Below, piece after piece: positions 1-9,254 of a stretch of DNA of 62,933 bases. Made by a program: the position numbers and the translations under genes. Where the stretch lies: positions 1 through 62,933 of the IMG/VR virus record IMGVR_UViG_3300032282_004841; one strand, 5' to 3'. The stretch is from a virus. Taxonomy: Duplodnaviria > Caudoviricetes. The first letter of the stretch is position 1, and the number at the start of each line of letters is the position of its first letter. The notes under the pieces are model-generated. The model was not told where the DNA came from and made no database searches. It worked only from the letters and a program-made list of their open reading frames with translations.

Positions 1-93
1 AAGACAGAAACAACTAGAGATAAAATTATTTTAAAATTAAAAGCGATAACCGAATCCATTAATCACTGGGAAGAAGAAAGAGTTAAAAAATGA
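1..93 (+). CDS. 3' end of upstream gene (partial, runs off window)
   Basis: Frame 1 is open from base 1 (KTETTRDK...NHWEEERVKK*); its TGA overlaps the next ATG (ATGA at 90-93), as elsewhere in this cluster. Confidence 0.6.
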   Translation, partial: KTETTRDKIILKLKAITESINHWEEERVKK

Positions 94-1214
94 ATCTTTT
101 ATACATAAGTGATTATAATTCTGAAACTGGATATGGAAAAGCTGCTATTGAATTTATTAGAAGTTTAAACACTTCTGGAATAAATGTATTTTGTAGACCT
201 ATAGTTTTTAATAATTCTACTTTAGAAAATCCGCCAAGCGACATATTAGAAATACAAAAAAAGAAAATAAAAGACATAGATGTAGTAATACAGCATACTC
301 TTCCTAATCATATGCAGTATATGTCTAAGTATTGTAACATAGGTATGTTTGCTTATGAAGCAGATAGATATGTTGGTTCTGGATGGAAAAATCAACTCAA
401 CTGTATGGATGAAGTATTTGTATTTAATAAGCAGATGATTGAATCTGCAAAAAAAAGCGGAGTTAAAAAAGAGTGCAAAATAATACCTCATGCTACAAAT
501 GTGGATAAATATTTTACTAAATATAATATTCCAAGTTTTATGAAACCTTTAAAAAAAGATAATCGTTTTATTTTTTATACAATAGGTGAGTTTAATAGAA
601 GAAAGAACTTAGCTTCTTTGCTGATGTCATTTTTTTTAGAATTTGGAAGAGATGAAAATGTTTGTCTATTAATAAAGACATCATGCGATGAAAGAGAGTT
701 CTTTTCATTCTGTGATCAAATATCTTCTTCTTTAAAATATAACATACTTCCTCAAGTAGCATTAGTCAATCAAAGGCTTTCAGAAGAAGAAATATGTGCC
801 ATTCATTATCATTCTGATTGCTTCGTACAGACATCTCATGGGGAGGCTTGGTCTATTCCAGCCTTTGAAGCAATGTGTTTTGGCAAAACCCCTATCGTTC
901 CTGCCTCTTCGGGGTATTTAGAGTACATGGATGAAGATTGCGGTTGGCTTATACCAGTAAGCGAATCACAAGTCTTTGGAATGCATAAAAACAACATTGA
1001 TTTATGCAGGGGAGATGAAATATGGTGGCAAGTAGATGTTTCTAAAACTCGTCAATTTATGAGGGAGGCATATACGAATGAAGATGTTAGAATTAAAAAG
1101 AGCGAAGTCGGTATAAATAAGTCATTTGCTTTTTCTCACGCCGAAATCGGCAAAATACTTTTAGAGAATATAAAATGGGCAATAGAAAGAAAGTTATCAA
1201 GTGGCAAGAAATAG
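90..1214 (+). CDS. Glycosyltransferase, GT-B fold (GT4 / Glycos_transf_1-like)
   Basis: N-terminal TGYGKAA; TIGEFNRRKNL; intact E-X7-E motif SHGEAWSIPAFEAMCFGKTPI. Confidence 0.85.
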   Translation: MNLLYISDYNSETGYGKAAIEFIRSLNTSGINVFCRPIVFNNSTLENPPSDILEIQKKKIKDIDVVIQHTLPNHMQYMSKYCNIGMFAYEADRYVGSGWKNQLNCMDEVFVFNKQMIESAKKSGVKKECKIIPHATNVDKYFTKYNIPSFMKPLKKDNRFIFYTIGEFNRRKNLASLLMSFFLEFGRDENVCLLIKTSCDEREFFSFCDQISSSLKYNILPQVALVNQRLSEEEICAIHYHSDCFVQTSHGEAWSIPAFEAMCFGKTPIVPASSGYLEYMDEDCGWLIPVSESQVFGMHKNNIDLCRGDEIWWQVDVSKTRQFMREAYTNEDVRIKKSEVGINKSFAFSHAEIGKILLENIKWAIERKLSSGKK

Positions 1215-1918
1215 TAGAACAAGAAAAAAGTGAAAAACAAAAAGAGATTGTTAGTTGGTCGGAAGAAAGAGATAAGTCAGTCGCTAGTATTAATAAGAAA
1301 AGAATAAAGCCTAAAACACCAAATCAAAGCATATTTTTTGATGCTATAAACAAAGCTACATTAACTATATGTACAGGTCCAGCAGGAACAGGTAAAAGTT
1401 ATCTTTCCTGTGGTGTTGCTATAGGCTTATTGCTTGATGGTAAGATAGATAAGATTATCATATCAAGACCTATTGTTGAATGCGGTGACGGTCTTGGGTT
1501 CTTACCAGGCGACATAGAACAAAAAACTGATCCGTTTATGGTTCCTATCTTTGAAGCTTTTGCCGATTTTATCAGTAGGCATGAGCTTAAAAAGTTTAAA
1601 GAAGATAAGGTAATTGAAGTTTGCCCATTGGAAACAATGAGAGGTAGAACTTTTAATAATTCTTTTGTTATTTTAGATGAAGCTCAAAACGCAACAAAAA
1701 AACAAATAAAAATGTTTTTAACCAGATTAGGAATGAATTCTAAAATGGTTGTTTGCGGAGATAAAAGCCAGAGCGATCTTCCTCACCAAGACGGAAACCC
1801 TTTGGACTGGATTCTTAAAATGCTTGACCATCCCGAAATAGCAAAAGTCTTTTTAACTTCAGAAGATGTTCAAAGACATGGATTAGTTCGATATATTATA
1901 GAAAAAATCGGAGAATGA
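1175..1918 (+). CDS. phoH: PhoH-family P-loop ATPase
   Basis: Walker A GPAGTGKS, SRPIVE, LGFLPGD, MRGRTF, LDEAQN, GDKSQSDL and RHGLV signature motifs. Confidence 0.95.
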   Translation: MGNRKKVIKWQEIVEQEKSEKQKEIVSWSEERDKSVASINKKRIKPKTPNQSIFFDAINKATLTICTGPAGTGKSYLSCGVAIGLLLDGKIDKIIISRPIVECGDGLGFLPGDIEQKTDPFMVPIFEAFADFISRHELKKFKEDKVIEVCPLETMRGRTFNNSFVILDEAQNATKKQIKMFLTRLGMNSKMVVCGDKSQSDLPHQDGNPLDWILKMLDHPEIAKVFLTSEDVQRHGLVRYIIEKIGE

Positions 1919-1939
1919 TTTGATTTGAGTAAGACACTT

Positions 1940-1963
1940 GTTACAATGCTAAAATATTGTAAC
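1940..1963 (+). promoter_or_regulatory. Perfect 8-bp inverted repeat enclosing an extended -10-like element
   Basis: GTTACAAT-gctaaaat-ATTGTAAC; TGcTAAAAT at 1947-1955; TTGAGT at 1925-1930; directly upstream of SD GAGG and ATG 1973, in the only real gap of the + cluster. Confidence 0.5.
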
Positions 1964-1972
1964 GAGGTGCAA

Positions 1973-2806
1973 ATGTCTAATCAAATAAATTCTATTTTCT
2001 GGAAGTTAAGAGAAAATAAACAAACTCTTAATATACTTTGCGATTTTTATAATGAAAAAGTTTTATATGACTTGTCTAAGACAGGTCATAATTTCTTTGT
2101 TTTGCCACCAAATAGCAAATACGAATGGAATAATCTATACAGAAAAAAACCTGATAATATTTGCTTATTAAAAAAAACTGAAGAACTATTTTTTAATTTT
2201 ACGGAATACGCATTTGATCTTTTTATAAATTTCACTAGTAAAAATAACAATCTTTTTTTTCATCTTGGAATACCGAAGCTAGACAATAAAGATTTTATAG
2301 GCATAGATACTGATTTATTTTCTCTTTCAGAAGATAAAAATGATTTATGCATATATGTTAATGGAGAATTTAAATTTGATGTAGAAGAATTTGATTTAGT
2401 ATCAGAACAACTAGAACTTGTAGTTATAGATGATAATACAAGATTAAGTTTTAATAAGCTTTTAAATCTTTATAAAACATCAAGCATCTATCTAAATTTT
2501 TCAAAAAAAGAAAAGATTTCAGTTTCTATGTTAGAAGCTATGTCATGCGGTTGTGTTCCTATAGCTTACGAAACAAAAGAAAATCAAAAAATAATTACTC
2601 ATGGTGAAAATGGATTTCTTTATACTTCAGTTGTTGATATGGTAAACATAGGAAAAAGAGTGCTAGGCTCAAAAGACTTTTTAAAAAGAATATCTATTAA
2701 TTCTAGAAATTCAATTATTAAAAGTTTTTCTTTGGAAAGCTATAAAAAAAATTGGAATGAATGTATTTATTCAACAATAGAAATGAATTGGTGGGAACAG
2801 ATATGA
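1973..2806 (+). CDS. Glycosyltransferase, GT-B fold (short N-terminal half)
   Basis: C-terminal EKISVSMLEAMSCGCVPI and ITHGENGFL motifs; start moved from TTG 1925 to ATG 1973, which follows GAGGTG. Confidence 0.75.
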   Translation: MSNQINSIFWKLRENKQTLNILCDFYNEKVLYDLSKTGHNFFVLPPNSKYEWNNLYRKKPDNICLLKKTEELFFNFTEYAFDLFINFTSKNNNLFFHLGIPKLDNKDFIGIDTDLFSLSEDKNDLCIYVNGEFKFDVEEFDLVSEQLELVVIDDNTRLSFNKLLNLYKTSSIYLNFSKKEKISVSMLEAMSCGCVPIAYETKENQKIITHGENGFLYTSVVDMVNIGKRVLGSKDFLKRISINSRNSIIKSFSLESYKKNWNECIYSTIEMNWWEQI

Positions 2807-3282
2807 AAGTAAATTTGTTAATCAATGAAAAGCATTTAGCAAAAGCAGGATATTTAAATATAGATCCTTATGCAAAAAAAGAAGATGAACCTTTGATTGT
2901 TGAAGGAAATCCAACGGTTTTAGAAAACCTTGTAGAAGACGGAGAAGCAGAAGAAATAATAGCTATTAATATAATAGATTATGTTTCTCATCCAAAAGTT
3001 AATATGATCTTAAAACAATTCTTTGGAAAACTATCTCATAAAGGTATTCTAAGAATAGGATTTACTGATATATTAGCTACTGCTAGAAGATATTATATTG
3101 GACAAATAGAAGAATCAAAAATAGCAGAAATGCTTTATGGTAAGTGTGTAGATAGTTGGGATACAAAAAAGGCTGCTTTGACATTAGATTCGATGAAAAC
3201 AAAAATGGAAGAAATTGGATTTGTAATAAAAAGCGTTAAATTCATAGAACACTTTATAGTTATAGAGGGAGAAAGACCTTGA
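2803..3282 (+). CDS. Class I SAM-methyltransferase-like protein with degenerate motif I
   Basis: KVNL...GYLNID...EEIIA..IIDYV...LKQFFGKLSHKGILRI..TD follows the small phage Methyltransf_11-like pattern but lacks GCG; start at ATGA overlap 2803. Confidence 0.55.
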   Translation: MKVNLLINEKHLAKAGYLNIDPYAKKEDEPLIVEGNPTVLENLVEDGEAEEIIAINIIDYVSHPKVNMILKQFFGKLSHKGILRIGFTDILATARRYYIGQIEESKIAEMLYGKCVDSWDTKKAALTLDSMKTKMEEIGFVIKSVKFIEHFIVIEGERP

Positions 3283-4109
3283 GCGAAAATGATAAGTTTA
3301 TGGACACGGCGTGTAAAAATTGTATTTTTTCTGAAAAAGTTGGAAATACTCAGATGGGTTGTAGCTATGGAAACATAGAACGATTTAAAAAAGTTAATTG
3401 TGAAATCATAGAAGCAGAAGACGAAGCAGATAATTTTTTTGTTATTAAAAATAGACTTTGCATGGCTCTTAGAGTTGGTGCTTGGGGTTCTGATCTTACG
3501 CAAGAAGAAAAGATTCTAAAAGTAAGAAAAGACATTACTACAAAAATAACATGTATTTTAATTATAAAAAAAGAAACATCAAACATAGATGATGTTTTAG
3601 ACACTTTTAAAAGTGCGATATCACAAAAAACCAGTTTTGATTCTATACATTTCATTATTGAGAAGGGAGGATCTATTAAGATCGGCTCTTTAATGAATAG
3701 TATTAAAAAAATTGACTGTAATGTAAAATGGTTTGTCAAACAGCTTGTGCATGATGATTTTTCATACAGGCATGGTATAGATGAAATTGTAGAAAAGCTT
3801 AAGTCTGTTTTTTCTGCCGTATTTGTTTGTGGTTTTAAGATACCTGACGATTTTGTTCATTGTATAGACACAAGCATTAATGAAGAACTAAATAGATTTA
3901 TAATACTTAAGCCAGTTGATGAAAACGGAATGGTTGTGCAAAACAAAAGCTTTAATTTATTTGGCGGTAACAGGGAAGCAATTAATGATTTAGACAATAA
4001 TAAATTTATGTCTATTTCTGAAAAAATAGATTATATAGCAAAAGATCAAAACCTGAATCATTTAATACAGGATATCGTTTCTATATGTCCATCAATGAAT
4101 CAAAAATAG
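3279..4109 (+). CDS. Hypothetical protein with Cys-rich N-terminus, possibly GT-A-derived
   Basis: TTG start overlapping the previous stop; CKNC..C..C cluster; context within GT cluster. Confidence 0.55.
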   Translation: MSENDKFMDTACKNCIFSEKVGNTQMGCSYGNIERFKKVNCEIIEAEDEADNFFVIKNRLCMALRVGAWGSDLTQEEKILKVRKDITTKITCILIIKKETSNIDDVLDTFKSAISQKTSFDSIHFIIEKGGSIKIGSLMNSIKKIDCNVKWFVKQLVHDDFSYRHGIDEIVEKLKSVFSAVFVCGFKIPDDFVHCIDTSINEELNRFIILKPVDENGMVVQNKSFNLFGGNREAINDLDNNKFMSISEKIDYIAKDQNLNHLIQDIVSICPSMNQK

Positions 4110-4738
4110 CGATTATGGTTTTTTTTGATAAGTATTCTTCTACTATTAAAGATTTAATACAAAGCATTTCTTTGTGTTCTTCTTTTGATATTTGTTTGTA
4201 TTTATTAGATAACGAGTTATCTTCTGATATTAGTGATGAGATATTGGGGATGATGGGCGAATTAACTATAGAAGAAAAAAAAGACAACATAGTTTTTACC
4301 AAGGGTCGTTATAAAAATTTAGAGATTATACTTACAAAAGTGTGTGAGTTTGATAGAGAAACGGTATTGAATTATTTTACATATGAATATATGACTTCCT
4401 ATGACATCGTTGGAGTGTTTAATAAGAATGTTGTTTTTTATCCTCATATTATAGATTCAGTTTCTTCTGTTCTTAAGAAAGATAGCTTTATTACTGGTTG
4501 TTGTTATTCTAATTGCGATGTGCTTACAAAAAATGGTTATAGATATTCTGATTATAAAAAATCTTTTTCTTGCAATAAAGAAAACTCAAATAGTTATAAT
4601 TTTTTTATTAGTAAGCTAGCAATAGAAACAACCAAACCTAAAAACATTTTTACAAAAAACAAAAATCCAACTTTGATTATTGGAGAAAACTTTCTTTGCC
4701 AAAGAATTAACGAAAAACTATACATGGTGAAAGAATGA
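4085..4738 (+). CDS. Hypothetical protein, possibly degenerate GT2-like
   Basis: 217-aa coupled ORF; weak GT-A-like pattern (YDIVGVFNKNVVFYP..I) without DxD. Confidence 0.5.
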   Translation: MSINESKIAIMVFFDKYSSTIKDLIQSISLCSSFDICLYLLDNELSSDISDEILGMMGELTIEEKKDNIVFTKGRYKNLEIILTKVCEFDRETVLNYFTYEYMTSYDIVGVFNKNVVFYPHIIDSVSSVLKKDSFITGCCYSNCDVLTKNGYRYSDYKKSFSCNKENSNSYNFFISKLAIETTKPKNIFTKNKNPTLIIGENFLCQRINEKLYMVKE

Positions 4739-5418
4739 TAAATGCTTGCGTTATAATACCAGCTGCTGGAATTGGTAAAAGAATGAAGTCTCACGGTCCT
4801 AAAGCCAATATTAAAATAGATAATAAAAACACGGTTATAAATAGGGCCGTTTCTATATTAAACAAAAGCTTTGGAAAAATTCAAATAAATGTCATTCTTG
4901 GTTTTCAAAAAGAAAAAATTGACATGTCTAATAATAATTTAAATTTTATAGTCAATGAAGATTTTGAGACAACAAATGTTTCTAAGTCTATAAACATAGG
5001 AATTAAAAGTTCAAAAAGAAAAGACTGTTTAATTATATATGGAGATCTAGTATTTAAAAAAGACATATTTAAAAATTTTAATTTTGAAAATAGTTGTATA
5101 TGGGTTGAAAAAAGCGATAAAAGAAATTCTGAAATAGGCGTTAACATAATAGATGGAGCAGTAGAGCATTTTAGTTATGGGATTTTTCCTAAATGGGCGC
5201 AGATTGTATTCTTAAAGGAAAAAGATAAAAAGATATTTCTTGAGATATCCAATAACAAAAAAACAAACAAATGGTTTGGTTATGAGATTTTAAATAAAAT
5301 GATAGATAAAGGTATAATCTTTTCTGTCAACTACATAGATGAAATAGTTGAGATAGATACATATTTAGACATAATAAAGGCTAAGAAGTTTGTGAGGAAA
5401 AATGAAAATATTATGTAG
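4735..5418 (+). CDS. Sugar/choline-phosphate nucleotidyltransferase (NTP_transf_3, LicC-like)
   Basis: IIPAAGIGKRMKSHGPK, NEDFETTN, IIYGDLVF and EIDTYLDI motifs. Confidence 0.8.
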   Translation: MINACVIIPAAGIGKRMKSHGPKANIKIDNKNTVINRAVSILNKSFGKIQINVILGFQKEKIDMSNNNLNFIVNEDFETTNVSKSINIGIKSSKRKDCLIIYGDLVFKKDIFKNFNFENSCIWVEKSDKRNSEIGVNIIDGAVEHFSYGIFPKWAQIVFLKEKDKKIFLEISNNKKTNKWFGYEILNKMIDKGIIFSVNYIDEIVEIDTYLDIIKAKKFVRKNENIM

Positions 5419-6415
5419 GCAAGATTCAGGAAAAAGATTTAGACAACTTTCTGGTTTTGGAAAAGTCTTTTCAGACATTGGATGCGATTTTATTTTCTGG
5501 AACGGAGAAAAGAAATCAACATTTGATGCGTTCTACGAACAAAATCCAGATATCTATATATGCAGCACTTCAGATGTAGATACCGCTTTAATAAAATGCT
5601 TAAAAAAACACAGCAATACAAAAGTAATACTTATCGCTTCGTTATCACACGAAGAAGTTTCTAATAATAAATTTGCTAAAATAAATGAAATTGAAAATGT
5701 AAAAACTATGTTTAATGAGATAGGCAAGCCAAATTTAATTATTGGTAATTGTTCTTCTTTTACTTTTGATAAGTGCATGTCTGTTTGGAAAAAATTAGGA
5801 TGCAATACGATAGCATCTCCAGTAGCTTCTGATTTCTATCTTTCTGTAAACCCATTGGCTGTTGAAAAATTTGTATCAGATGTTGTTCATGTTGGAAATT
5901 TTACTGATTACAAATCGAAAGACTTAGAAGAGATATTATTTCCTTTGCATTATGATGACTCTATAAATTTAAAAATATTTGGCAAAAAAGAATGGCCCTT
6001 AACAAGTTATGTTGGGTTTATAAACAACTACGATTTAAAGAATGTTATAAAATCATCTAAAATATGTGCTGTTATATCAAAGCCTCATACTAAAAAGTTT
6101 GGATTTGATGCTCCCCAGTTTCTTTTTGATGTTCTATCATCGGGTGGATTCCCCATTTGTGATTATTCTGAAGATGTCAATTTCTTACTTGGCGATTATC
6201 TTTTGCTTGCTAAAAATAAAGATGAATATTTAAATATGGTTCACGATATGTTAAAGCGAGATGTCAAAAGAGATGAGATGTCATCAATTGCTCGCTCGTT
6301 CATTCTCAACAATCATACATATCATCATAGATTGATAGACATATTAATAAATATTAACATGGAAGATCTTGCTATTAAGATATCTGATAATTTCTTAAAA
6401 AGAAAAGGTGACTAA
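5402..6415 (+). CDS. CgeB/YkvP-like glycosyltransferase (Glyco_trans_1_2)
   Basis: DVVHVGN, LKIFGKKEW, FDVLSSGGFPICD and C-terminal NHTYHHRL motifs. Confidence 0.75.
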   Translation: MKILCRQDSGKRFRQLSGFGKVFSDIGCDFIFWNGEKKSTFDAFYEQNPDIYICSTSDVDTALIKCLKKHSNTKVILIASLSHEEVSNNKFAKINEIENVKTMFNEIGKPNLIIGNCSSFTFDKCMSVWKKLGCNTIASPVASDFYLSVNPLAVEKFVSDVVHVGNFTDYKSKDLEEILFPLHYDDSINLKIFGKKEWPLTSYVGFINNYDLKNVIKSSKICAVISKPHTKKFGFDAPQFLFDVLSSGGFPICDYSEDVNFLLGDYLLLAKNKDEYLNMVHDMLKRDVKRDEMSSIARSFILNNHTYHHRLIDILININMEDLAIKISDNFLKRKGD

Positions 6416-7107
6416 TGAGTTTATCTATATTACTAACTCCTGATAATAATTTAGTTTATTTCAGAAGATGTCTTTATCACATATCTAGATTTACTAAAAC
6501 ACTTCTTGAAAAGAATGAGAAGTTTGAACTAGTAGTAATTGACGATGGAAGTTTTGACATTTATCCAGAAGTAGAAGCATTTGGTATAAACTTTTTTTGG
6601 AAAATAGTAAGGCCACATTACAATTCTTTAGAAAAAGTTGGAATAGACAAGCTCTATAAATTTCCAAATTACTCAGAACGGCTAGCGTTTGACAATTGCG
6701 CTTATGATAAAATAATTAAAATATCTGCGAATGTAATACCTGTACAAGATTCTTTGCCAAAGCTTTATTCGTCTGAGGTTTTAAACGGATGGAATTTGTC
6801 AAATGTTTTTGGAATAGATCCATCTATAGAAGACAGAATTGATACATACGGAGTTTTCTTTCCTAAGAATGTTAAAGAACTTTCTGATCCGAATCCTATT
6901 CAAACAGATTTATATATAAAATACAAAAGACCTGTATTTGGAATTACAAAAAAAGAATTTTATTGGTCAGACGATTTTAATGTTTTGTATGATGCATACG
7001 CACTCTCTTTTATGCAAGACGATTCGCTGTTTAAAAATGATGGCGTTGAAGATTCTAAACTTATAGATTTAAAAGAAAATATCGAAGTAATTACTAATAT
7101 ACTATGA
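6415..7107 (+). CDS. GT2-like protein (N-terminal GT-A motif only)
   Basis: LSILL.....FRRCL....FELVVIDDGS; no clear downstream DxD. Confidence 0.55.
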   Translation: MSLSILLTPDNNLVYFRRCLYHISRFTKTLLEKNEKFELVVIDDGSFDIYPEVEAFGINFFWKIVRPHYNSLEKVGIDKLYKFPNYSERLAFDNCAYDKIIKISANVIPVQDSLPKLYSSEVLNGWNLSNVFGIDPSIEDRIDTYGVFFPKNVKELSDPNPIQTDLYIKYKRPVFGITKKEFYWSDDFNVLYDAYALSFMQDDSLFKNDGVEDSKLIDLKENIEVITNIL

Positions 7108-8039
7108 TCATAACAAAAACCCCATTACGAATAACCTTTTTAGGTTCCCTTACGGATAATCCTAAATGGCATTCCGAAAACAAAGGAATGGTCATAGGAT
7201 CATCTATAAATAAATATGTTTATTGCTTTGTAAGAAAGCTGAGTGCTTATGAGAAGCAAAAAGAAATAACTTGTCCTTATATAAAAAATGTTTTAAATTA
7301 TTTTAAAGAAAAATCAATAGATTGTTCTAATTTTGAGATAACTCATTTTTGTGACTTGCCTTCAAATTCTGGACTTGGTTATCAATCTGCACTAACTGTC
7401 GGATTACTTCAAGCAATACATGCAATTAGTAACATATACATATCAAAAAAAGACATTGCTAATTTATGTAACTGCATACTACAAAAGAACTTATGTAATT
7501 TTATATCATCGGCGGATGCTTTTTTATCTGTTTACGGAGGACAAAACATTGTTAAGTTCAATAAAAGCGATGATGTTTTAATGATCCCCTTAAAGATAAA
7601 GCATGATAATCTACAAGCCCTTTTAGACCGCATAGGACTGTATTATTTAAACTCTTTTGACCAAATAGACTCTCAGCCCAATGAAATGCCAGAAATTGAT
7701 TTTAAACGCAATATGTGGCCATTGGTTAAAATTACTGAAGATGGTGCTGAGGTATTGTTATCATCTTTTGATCTTGAAGAGTTTTTTAGACTGATAAAAA
7801 GCTCTTTTAAGGCAAGGGCGTTGTTCTTCTTTAGAATGTTTACGAAGTATTCATCTGATTTCTTTGACAGGTGTGTATTTTCTAAGCTATTAGGGTTTGA
7901 TTTGATGAACGACAATGGCTCTGGATGCGGTATTATTTATACAGATAAGCCTATTAGTGAAATTCATTTAGAGCTTTTAAAAGACTACGAGAGAGTTCCA
8001 TTTAATTTTGAAAGTAATGGGAGTAGCATAATATTATGA
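7104..8039 (+). CDS. GHMP sugar kinase homologue (HddA-like), motifs degenerate
   Basis: MIITKTPLRITFLGSLTD, SINKYVY, DLPSNSGLGYQSAL, YGGQN, terminal VPFNFESNGS. Confidence 0.8.
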   Translation: MIITKTPLRITFLGSLTDNPKWHSENKGMVIGSSINKYVYCFVRKLSAYEKQKEITCPYIKNVLNYFKEKSIDCSNFEITHFCDLPSNSGLGYQSALTVGLLQAIHAISNIYISKKDIANLCNCILQKNLCNFISSADAFLSVYGGQNIVKFNKSDDVLMIPLKIKHDNLQALLDRIGLYYLNSFDQIDSQPNEMPEIDFKRNMWPLVKITEDGAEVLLSSFDLEEFFRLIKSSFKARALFFFRMFTKYSSDFFDRCVFSKLLGFDLMNDNGSGCGIIYTDKPISEIHLELLKDYERVPFNFESNGSSIIL

Positions 8040-8506
8040 GAATAGGATTTGCGATAGATAGTGATTGTAACTCACAATTTATGTATTCTGTTTTTGAACA
8101 AACTAAATATTTTATAGGCGATGTACTATTCTTTTGCGAAAGAAAAGGCAACTCTCTATTAAACTATAATATTTGTAGTTTTCCAATTGAAGATTCTTTT
8201 TACTTTACTCAATCCCCATTGATTGCCACTAGTATAAATACTGCTAAGAGTATTTTAAACAATTACTCAAACACTAAGAAGTATCTATATCTATATGACT
8301 TGGAGTGGTATCAAAAAATAAGTAGGTTTAACTACGATCATTTTGAACAAATATATAGAAATAAAGACTTAGAAATCATTGCAGAAAACGAAGATTTTGC
8401 TAAAATATTTACTAGGTGTTGGAATAGAAAACCATGTGCTGTAATACCAAAAACTAATCTCAACGAAATATATAGGTTATATTATGGACATTCAAAAAGT
8501 AATTGA
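8036..8506 (+). CDS. Hypothetical protein (GT-B N-terminal-like fragment)
   Basis: LIATSINTA...YLYLYDLEW resembles the IAT...YF.QD.E segment of GT4 N-domains; coupled ORF. Confidence 0.45.
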   Translation: MRIGFAIDSDCNSQFMYSVFEQTKYFIGDVLFFCERKGNSLLNYNICSFPIEDSFYFTQSPLIATSINTAKSILNNYSNTKKYLYLYDLEWYQKISRFNYDHFEQIYRNKDLEIIAENEDFAKIFTRCWNRKPCAVIPKTNLNEIYRLYYGHSKSN

Positions 8507-9254
8507 CTGTTATGTTAATGAGAATATGTCAACCTATCAAATAGCTAGGAAATTTAAAACATATCCTAATAAAGTTAGGCGTGAATTAATTAAAAGCGGA
8601 ATTACAATCAGAGATCATTCTGAAGCACAGGCAAAAGCTTTAGAAACAGGAATTGCCAAACACCCCACAAAAGGCAAAAAAGTTAATCAAGAAACCAAAG
8701 AAAAAATTGGCGAGTCTATGCTTAACTCTTGGAAACAAATGGATGCTACCGAAAGAAAACGCCGTTCTGATATATCGAAAAAGAATTGGGAATCAATGTC
8801 AAATTCAAAGATAGAAGAGATGAGGTCTGAGAGCGCATTAGCAGTTAGAAAAGCTAGTAGAGAAGGAAGCAAGCTTGAAAAATATTTAATGGCTGGATTA
8901 CTGTCTATGGGATATTCAGCTTCTATGCACTATCTTTTTGCTCAAAAACAACATATAGATATTTTTGTTTCTTCTCCCGATGATAAGAATAAAGGTATAG
9001 CAATAGAAGTTGATGGGCCTACTCATTTTAAACCAATTTGGGGAAATGAAAGCCTACATAAGCAAAAGAAAAGCGATAATAAAAAAACTGGATTGCTTTT
9101 GGCAGGAGGATATATATTAATAAGAGTTGTGACCAACGGAGAAGATTCTGATATTCGTATGAAAAAGACCTTGACCAAGATAGATCAGACGATACAATGT
9201 ACTAAGTTGGAAAGCGATAAAAATTATTTCGAGATCTTCACAGAGGAATTTTAA
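8484..9254 (+). CDS. HTH + NUMOD3-like + Vsr/DUF559-type PD-(D/E)xK endonuclease
   Basis: N-terminal MSTYQIA..FKTYPNKVRR helix-turn-helix; KGKKVNQETKEKIGES; C-terminal IDIFV...IAIEVDGPTHF...D..K...GYILIRV. Confidence 0.75.
   Translation: MDIQKVIDCYVNENMSTYQIARKFKTYPNKVRRELIKSGITIRDHSEAQAKALETGIAKHPTKGKKVNQETKEKIGESMLNSWKQMDATERKRRSDISKKNWESMSNSKIEEMRSESALAVRKASREGSKLEKYLMAGLLSMGYSASMHYLFAQKQHIDIFVSSPDDKNKGIAIEVDGPTHFKPIWGNESLHKQKKSDNKKTGLLLAGGYILIRVVTNGEDSDIRMKKTLTKIDQTIQCTKLESDKNYFEIFTEEF
9171..9198 (+). promoter_or_regulatory. Sigma70-like promoter inside the 3' end of the endonuclease gene
   Basis: TTGACC-16 nt-TACAAT, ~55 nt upstream of ATG 9254 (SD GAGGA). Confidence 0.5.
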
